DNA from: an uncultured Candidatus Saccharibacteria bacterium
Lineage (GTDB): Bacteria > Patescibacteriota > WWE3 > UBA101185 > UBA10185
DNA length: 64,000 nt
Direction: 5' to 3'
Assembly (NCBI GenBank): GCA_964385105.1
Contig: CAYLMU010000002.1
Span: 122,583 to 186,582 of the forward strand
How positions within the stretch are numbered: the first letter of the stretch is position 1; every line of letters starts with the position of its first letter. Shown one piece after another: positions 59,186-64,000 of this stretch. Under the pieces are notes generated by a model. It saw only the letters and a list, made by a program, of their open reading frames with translations. It searched no databases and was not told the origin of the DNA. The position numbers and the translations under genes were made by a program.

Positions 59186-59608
59186 ATGCTTCTATTATGC
59201 AAAAACTATTTTAATGTTATGGTTTTAAATAATAAGTCGTTTGAAAAAGCAAAAAAATTAATTAATGAAAAAAATTATGATGTTGAATGTGTTGATTGGC
59301 ATGATGTTATGCCTACACCTACAGACGAAAATAATTTTATTGAGTCAAATGGATGGTATGAATATTCCTTGTGGTTTTTAGGTATTGATCATCAAGGCGC
59401 CGAAGATCAGACTGAGTTTGAATTAGGCAGAAGTATCCCGCAAGAAAAGCTTAAGTATAATTTTCAGTATGGTGATTTTTCAAAGATTTATTTGTGTGCT
59501 TTGAAAAAAGCACTTGAAGATGCAAAAGATTTAAATTACTCAGATATCGTCGAAGCCTCCGAAAGCTTAATTAACATGTTAAACATAAAAGAAAGTTTAC
59601 AAAATTAA
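59186..59608 (+). CDS. hypothetical protein
   Basis: 140-aa ORF. Confidence 0.4.
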   Translation: MLLLCKNYFNVMVLNNKSFEKAKKLINEKNYDVECVDWHDVMPTPTDENNFIESNGWYEYSLWFLGIDHQGAEDQTEFELGRSIPQEKLKYNFQYGDFSKIYLCALKKALEDAKDLNYSDIVEASESLINMLNIKESLQN

Positions 59609-59611
59609 TCG

Positions 59612-59845
59612 TTATTCTGCTTTAACCCAATCACCCGAAGCTTCATCTTTTTTGTAAACATTTTTTACGGCAGACCATGCAACTTTATGAGCAGTTTCTT
59701 CACGATCTGAACCTTCATATCGGTCTTCCGGATTAGAATATTGCTCCCATGCATTATTAAATGCTTCTTTGTATATATCTTGAGCATGTTCAGGTAAATT
59801 GTTTTTAACGCTGTCAGGTAAATCAGATAAATTTTTATATGGCAT
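59612..59845 (-). CDS. ChaB-like small protein
   Basis: MPYKNLSDLPDSVKNNLPEHAQDIYKEAFNNAWEQY. Confidence 0.4.
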   Translation of the reverse strand: MPYKNLSDLPDSVKNNLPEHAQDIYKEAFNNAWEQYSNPEDRYEGSDREETAHKVAWSAVKNVYKKDEASGDWVKAE

Positions 59846-59906
59846 TGTGTAATATTAGGTTATTAGTATAAAAGTACCAATATAGCAATGTAATAATTTT
59901 GTAAGT

Positions 59907-60905
59907 TTACTTTGTAGGTACAGGAAGTTTCAAAAATTCAAATGCACTCGTTGTTAGTTCTCTACCTCGCGGAGTTTTTTTTAAAAAGCCAATTTGCATT
60001 AAAAATGGTTCATGCACGGTTTCAATCGTTCCCACGTCTTCACTTATTGTTGCAGCAAGTGTCTCTAAACCTACAGGTCCACCTTGATGTTTTTCGGCTA
60101 TAATTAAAAGTAATTTTCTATCCGAGTTAGTTAAACCATAACTATCTATACTCATTAAATCAAGTGCATCTATGGCTGTTTCATATGTAATCACACCGTT
60201 AGCTTTAACTTGAGCATAATCACGAACCCTCTTCAAAAACCTATTTGCAATTCTTGGTGTTCCACGTGACCTTTTAGCCAGTTCGATAGCTGCTCTATCA
60301 TCAATTTTTACATTTAGCACATTAGCTGATCTTTTAATTATTGTTTTAAGTTCATCTTCTGTGTAAAAAGAAATTTTTTGAATTAAGCCGAATCGGTCTC
60401 TAATTGGTGATGAAAGCATGCCTATTCGAGTTGTAGCACCAACTACTGTAAATTTATTCAATTCAAGTCTTAAAGTTCTTGCACCGGGGCCTTTACCTAT
60501 AATTACATCAAGTCGGTAATCTTCCATAGCAGAGTAAAGTGTTTCTTCAACCGATTTGTTTATTCTATGAATTTCATCAATGAATAAAATATCACCGGGT
60601 TCAAGCGCTGTTAGTAAAGCCGCTATGTCCCCCACTCGTTGAAGTGTCGGACCTGAAGTTACTTTTACACCAACATTCATTTCATGAGCCAATAAACTTG
60701 AAAGGGTGGTTTTTCCTAATCCCGGAGGACCATAAAACATTATATGATCCAGATAATCTTTTCTTTTTTTTGCAGCATCAATTAAAATTCTTATTTGTTT
60801 TTTCAAATCATCCTGGCCTATAAAATCCTCAAGTTGCACAGGTCGCAATGTGTTTTCTATATATAAATCTTCTTGCTGTATTTCGTATGAAACTTCTTTA
60901 TTCAT
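59907..60905 (-). CDS. ruvB: Holliday junction branch migration helicase RuvB
   Basis: Walker A GPPGLGKTT; characteristic C-terminal domains; ruvCAB order. Confidence 0.9.
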   Translation of the reverse strand: MNKEVSYEIQQEDLYIENTLRPVQLEDFIGQDDLKKQIRILIDAAKKRKDYLDHIMFYGPPGLGKTTLSSLLAHEMNVGVKVTSGPTLQRVGDIAALLTALEPGDILFIDEIHRINKSVEETLYSAMEDYRLDVIIGKGPGARTLRLELNKFTVVGATTRIGMLSSPIRDRFGLIQKISFYTEDELKTIIKRSANVLNVKIDDRAAIELAKRSRGTPRIANRFLKRVRDYAQVKANGVITYETAIDALDLMSIDSYGLTNSDRKLLLIIAEKHQGGPVGLETLAATISEDVGTIETVHEPFLMQIGFLKKTPRGRELTTSAFEFLKLPVPTK

Positions 60906-61473
60906 ATTTACTTAAATTTTTAAGCGCGTAGCTAATAATTTTGTCTTCACTTTGCACATCTTTTGGTATATTCGTTAAAGCATTTGAGATTTCTGATCTA
61001 GTAAATCCCATACTTTTTAAGGCTTCCCACACACTCTTATTATAACTCTTTTCTTTTAAATCAAGATCGGACAGATTTTCTGCCTTGCTTTTTAAATCAA
61101 TAATTATTCTTTGTGCGACTTTTGTACCGATTCCTTTGGCCTTTTTAAAAAAATCAGTATCAGCCCTAGAAACGGCGCTCATAATTTGCTCTCCGTTTCC
61201 TGCATTAAAAATTGCTAATGCCGTGCGCGGCCCGATACCCGAAACAGATAATAACATTTTAAAAACACTTTTGTCGTTTCTGTTCAAAAAGCCATATAAA
61301 TCATCGGAAGCTTCAGTTTTATGATGTTCAATATAAATTTCAATTTCATCGTCTATATGAATTTGACTGTAAGTATTTTCATTAATAAATACTTCATAAC
61401 CGACATTATCGCAAAGTATTTCGATTGAATTAAGGCCTTTATACTGAATAATGCCTTTAAGGTATGAAATCAT
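60898..61473 (-). CDS. ruvA: Holliday junction DNA helicase RuvA
   Basis: HhH pair VSGIGPRTALAI.. and GIGTKVAQRII. Confidence 0.85.
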   Translation of the reverse strand: MISYLKGIIQYKGLNSIEILCDNVGYEVFINENTYSQIHIDDEIEIYIEHHKTEASDDLYGFLNRNDKSVFKMLLSVSGIGPRTALAIFNAGNGEQIMSAVSRADTDFFKKAKGIGTKVAQRIIIDLKSKAENLSDLDLKEKSYNKSVWEALKSMGFTRSEISNALTNIPKDVQSEDKIISYALKNLSKYE

Positions 61474-61480
61474 ATTACAA

Positions 61481-61978
61481 TTATAACTCTTTATTTAATA
61501 AGGATTTATTTGTGAATAAATGAGTGAGTGCTATTGCCGCAGCATCCGCAGCATGGTCTGGAGATATTTTTTCTTTTATACCTAATGTTTGTGAGACCAT
61601 ATATGTAACCTGATCTTTGTCTGCGTTGCCATAACCTGTAATTGTTGTTTTTATATTCAAAGGAGTATATTCCACAATCTCCAAATTTGAATAAAAGCAT
61701 GCAAGCTTAATTACCCCAATTGCTTGACCGACTTTTATTGCTGTTTTAGCGTTCTTTGCGAAAAACAGCTCCTCCATTGCAGCAATGGTAGGTTTTTCTT
61801 CACATGTCTCAATTATGTGCTTAACTTCTTCGAATATAAAGTGTAAGCGGGTGTCAAAACCACTTTTGTTGGTTGTTGTTATTACTCCATAGTCAATCAA
61901 TTTTTGTGATTTATGCGTACCTTTTACCACTGACCATCCTACAGATGCAAGTCCAGGATCTATTCCCAAAACTACCAT
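61481..61978 (-). CDS. ruvC: crossover junction endodeoxyribonuclease RuvC
   Basis: MVVLGIDPGLASVGWSVV (catalytic Asp). Confidence 0.85.
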   Translation of the reverse strand: MVVLGIDPGLASVGWSVVKGTHKSQKLIDYGVITTTNKSGFDTRLHFIFEEVKHIIETCEEKPTIAAMEELFFAKNAKTAIKVGQAIGVIKLACFYSNLEIVEYTPLNIKTTITGYGNADKDQVTYMVSQTLGIKEKISPDHAADAAAIALTHLFTNKSLLNKEL

Positions 61979-62136
61979 GATATGAGTATATCATTCTTAC
62001 AAAACTCTAACTCATCCCAAAATACGTTATTACCCAAATGTTAGTTAATATACGTATGACCATAGATAACATGCTATTAGCTGGTCTAATAGGTTCATAC
62101 ATTTTAATAAATTATCTAAGAGTATTGTTTTTATAA

Positions 62137-62601
62137 ATGTTATTTATATATGCTTTACTCATAGGAATAACTGCCGGTGTGGTAGTGGCAAAAATAGACC
62201 CTCAAAAGGTTAAGCTAAATTACATCGGCACTATTATTGCAGGATTGCTGGGTGCATTAATTCCTTCTCAATTATTGGATTTGGTTATTTTAGGCGATTC
62301 GACTTTTCCTATTATTCAAGTTACTGAAACTGCACTAGGAATGATTTTAGCTACATTTAGCGCATTTTTATTTGCATTTGTATATAGAGTAATTTATAGA
62401 AGTGATGATATTTTTAACGCTCTAAAAAGTTCGTTCGGATATTCAAACAGTTCACAATATTCCTATAAAAAAGGAAGACCTGCTTATGTGGGTTTAAAAG
62501 GTGGTAAAACCAATTCCGAGCAAAAAGATAACAATAATACAAATCCCGATTCTCAACCTGATTCCCAGAAAGAACAAGAAAAAAATAATCAAACCTCTTA
62601 A
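62137..62601 (+). CDS. small membrane protein with Q/N-rich C-terminal tail
   Basis: two TM helices with G-x3-G motifs; tail NSEQKDNNNTNPDSQPDSQKEQEKNNQTS. Confidence 0.35.
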   Translation: MLFIYALLIGITAGVVVAKIDPQKVKLNYIGTIIAGLLGALIPSQLLDLVILGDSTFPIIQVTETALGMILATFSAFLFAFVYRVIYRSDDIFNALKSSFGYSNSSQYSYKKGRPAYVGLKGGKTNSEQKDNNNTNPDSQPDSQKEQEKNNQTS

Positions 62602-64000
62602 TCATCATCATCTTCCTTCTCATCATCTTTATCCTTATCGTCACCCTCATCCTCATCACTTTTTTCTTCTGAATCTTTGTCCTCGTCATTATCATCGGGA
62701 GTGCATAATCGCTGTGGTATTGCCGAACCTTGAATAAAGTATTCTCTTGCGCTATTACACTTATCATCTACAAATACGATAATGTCATTTGGCATTTCAA
62801 AGGTTTCGTTAAACCCATTGTTAACCAAATTAGTCATAATTCTGTGCCAAATTGGTGCAGCTCCGCTTAATCCGGATGCCAGCTGTTCATTCATTGGGTC
62901 ATTATTATTGTTACCGACCCATACCCCCACGACGTAGTTTGGAGTGTATCCTAATGTATAGTTGTCCTTTTTGTTATCTGTGGTTCCGGTTTTTACTGCC
63001 ACGCTGTGACCAGGTACATTAAGCATGTTGTTAAACCCAAATTCTCTTGATCTGGCATAAGGGTCTGATAGTATGTTTGTTACCAGCCAGGCAACAGAAG
63101 GAGATATAACCTGTTTTTCAATTTGCTTGCTTTTATATATTTCTTTGCCTGTGTGGTCTTTTATACTCAAAAACGGAGTTGTTTCAATATATTCACCATT
63201 TCTTGCCAATGTGGCATAAACGTTTGCAAGCTCATGTAATGTAACCTCATACCCGCCAAGAGTAACAGATAATCCATAATCATCACTTAAATTCCAGCTC
63301 TTTATTCCCATTTGGTTAGCCAGTGCTGCTACATTGTTTGGCCCTAGCTGATGAGTGATTTTTACAGCAGGTACATTGTATGAGTTAGCCAGTGCTTGTC
63401 TTAAAGTTACATTTCCATGATATGAACGGTCATAGTTTTCGGGCTTGTATGTTTCCCAGTCATTTACGTATGATACTGGAGTATCTGCAATTATTGAAGC
63501 CGGAGAAAATCCGTTTTGAAACGCTAATGAATAAGTAACCGGTTTTAAAGCAGAGCCCGGCTGACGATATGCATTTACCATGTCTACCGCACCGTATGCA
63601 TCATTAAAGTAATCAATTGATCCTACATAAGCCAGAATTTCACCGGTTTTTGGGTCTAAAACAATTGAAGAGCCGTTAGTAATGTTTAAATGAGAACTAT
63701 TATTTACTTCTTCCGTAACAATGTTTTGTGCCATTTCCTGAATTTCAAGATCCAATGTGGTATAAACGTCAAGTCCGTGTGAATTTATATAATTTTCACC
63801 ATACTTTTGTTTTAATTCGGTTAGAACATAAAATACAAAATGTGGAGCTTTTAGTTCTGATGTTTGAGGTGCAAATACTAACTCTTCTTTTAATGCAGTG
63901 TCTGCCTCAGTTTGTGTTATAAAATTTTCTTCCACCATGCGAGTCAAAACATGCTCCTGACGCTTTTTTGCATCATCAAATGAACCATTATAGGGTGAAT
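62598..64000 (-). CDS. penicillin-binding protein (transpeptidase domain; likely class A), N-terminus beyond window; polyacidic C-terminal tail
   Basis: SxxK (PGSALKP), SxN-like, KTGTT; tail DDNDEDKDSEEKSDEDEGDDKDKDDEKEDDDD. Confidence 0.75.
   Translation of the reverse strand, partial: SPYNGSFDDAKKRQEHVLTRMVEENFITQTEADTALKEELVFAPQTSELKAPHFVFYVLTELKQKYGENYINSHGLDVYTTLDLEIQEMAQNIVTEEVNNSSHLNITNGSSIVLDPKTGEILAYVGSIDYFNDAYGAVDMVNAYRQPGSALKPVTYSLAFQNGFSPASIIADTPVSYVNDWETYKPENYDRSYHGNVTLRQALANSYNVPAVKITHQLGPNNVAALANQMGIKSWNLSDDYGLSVTLGGYEVTLHELANVYATLARNGEYIETTPFLSIKDHTGKEIYKSKQIEKQVISPSVAWLVTNILSDPYARSREFGFNNMLNVPGHSVAVKTGTTDNKKDNYTLGYTPNYVVGVWVGNNNNDPMNEQLASGLSGAAPIWHRIMTNLVNNGFNETFEMPNDIIVFVDDKCNSAREYFIQGSAIPQRLCTPDDNDEDKDSEEKSDEDEGDDKDKDDEKEDDDD

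Overview
AT-rich, gene-dense bacterial window. The many small and hypothetical membrane proteins, domain-reduced housekeeping genes and codon usage suggest a reduced-genome, CPR-like organism. Housekeeping content: the thrS-infC-rpmI-rplT-pheS-pheT operon, truB, a Rel/SpoT homolog, tig-clpP, two two-component systems, pcm, trxB, sodA, ruvCAB, a partial class-A PBP, glycosyltransferases and seven tRNAs. The main feature is a compact type V CRISPR-Cas locus (35.9-41.1 kb): a 1133-aa single effector with C-terminal split RuvC-I/II/III motifs and an embedded zinc ribbon, a CRISPR array of 14 identical 25-nt repeats separated by 18-19-nt spacers, and a lone cas1. The effector size, the Cas1-only adaptation module, the very short spacers and the CPR-like host match Cas12d (CasY) as I recall it; a scoutRNA-type accessory RNA would be expected. 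The locus lies between a degraded folA remnant and tRNA-Pro. A second accessory region (about 23.3-31.5 kb) is much more GC-rich than its surroundings and encodes only membrane or secreted hypotheticals plus an M23 peptidase and an SLT-like protein; a frameshifted HhH-GPD glycosylase gene abuts it. Smaller oddities: a GH1 glycosidase with its catalytic core deleted in frame, an orphan 73-aa HisKA-only protein, a trigger factor lacking the PPIase domain, and a pair of small RBS-bearing ORFs encoding a Cys-rich peptide and a tandem-repeat peptide.
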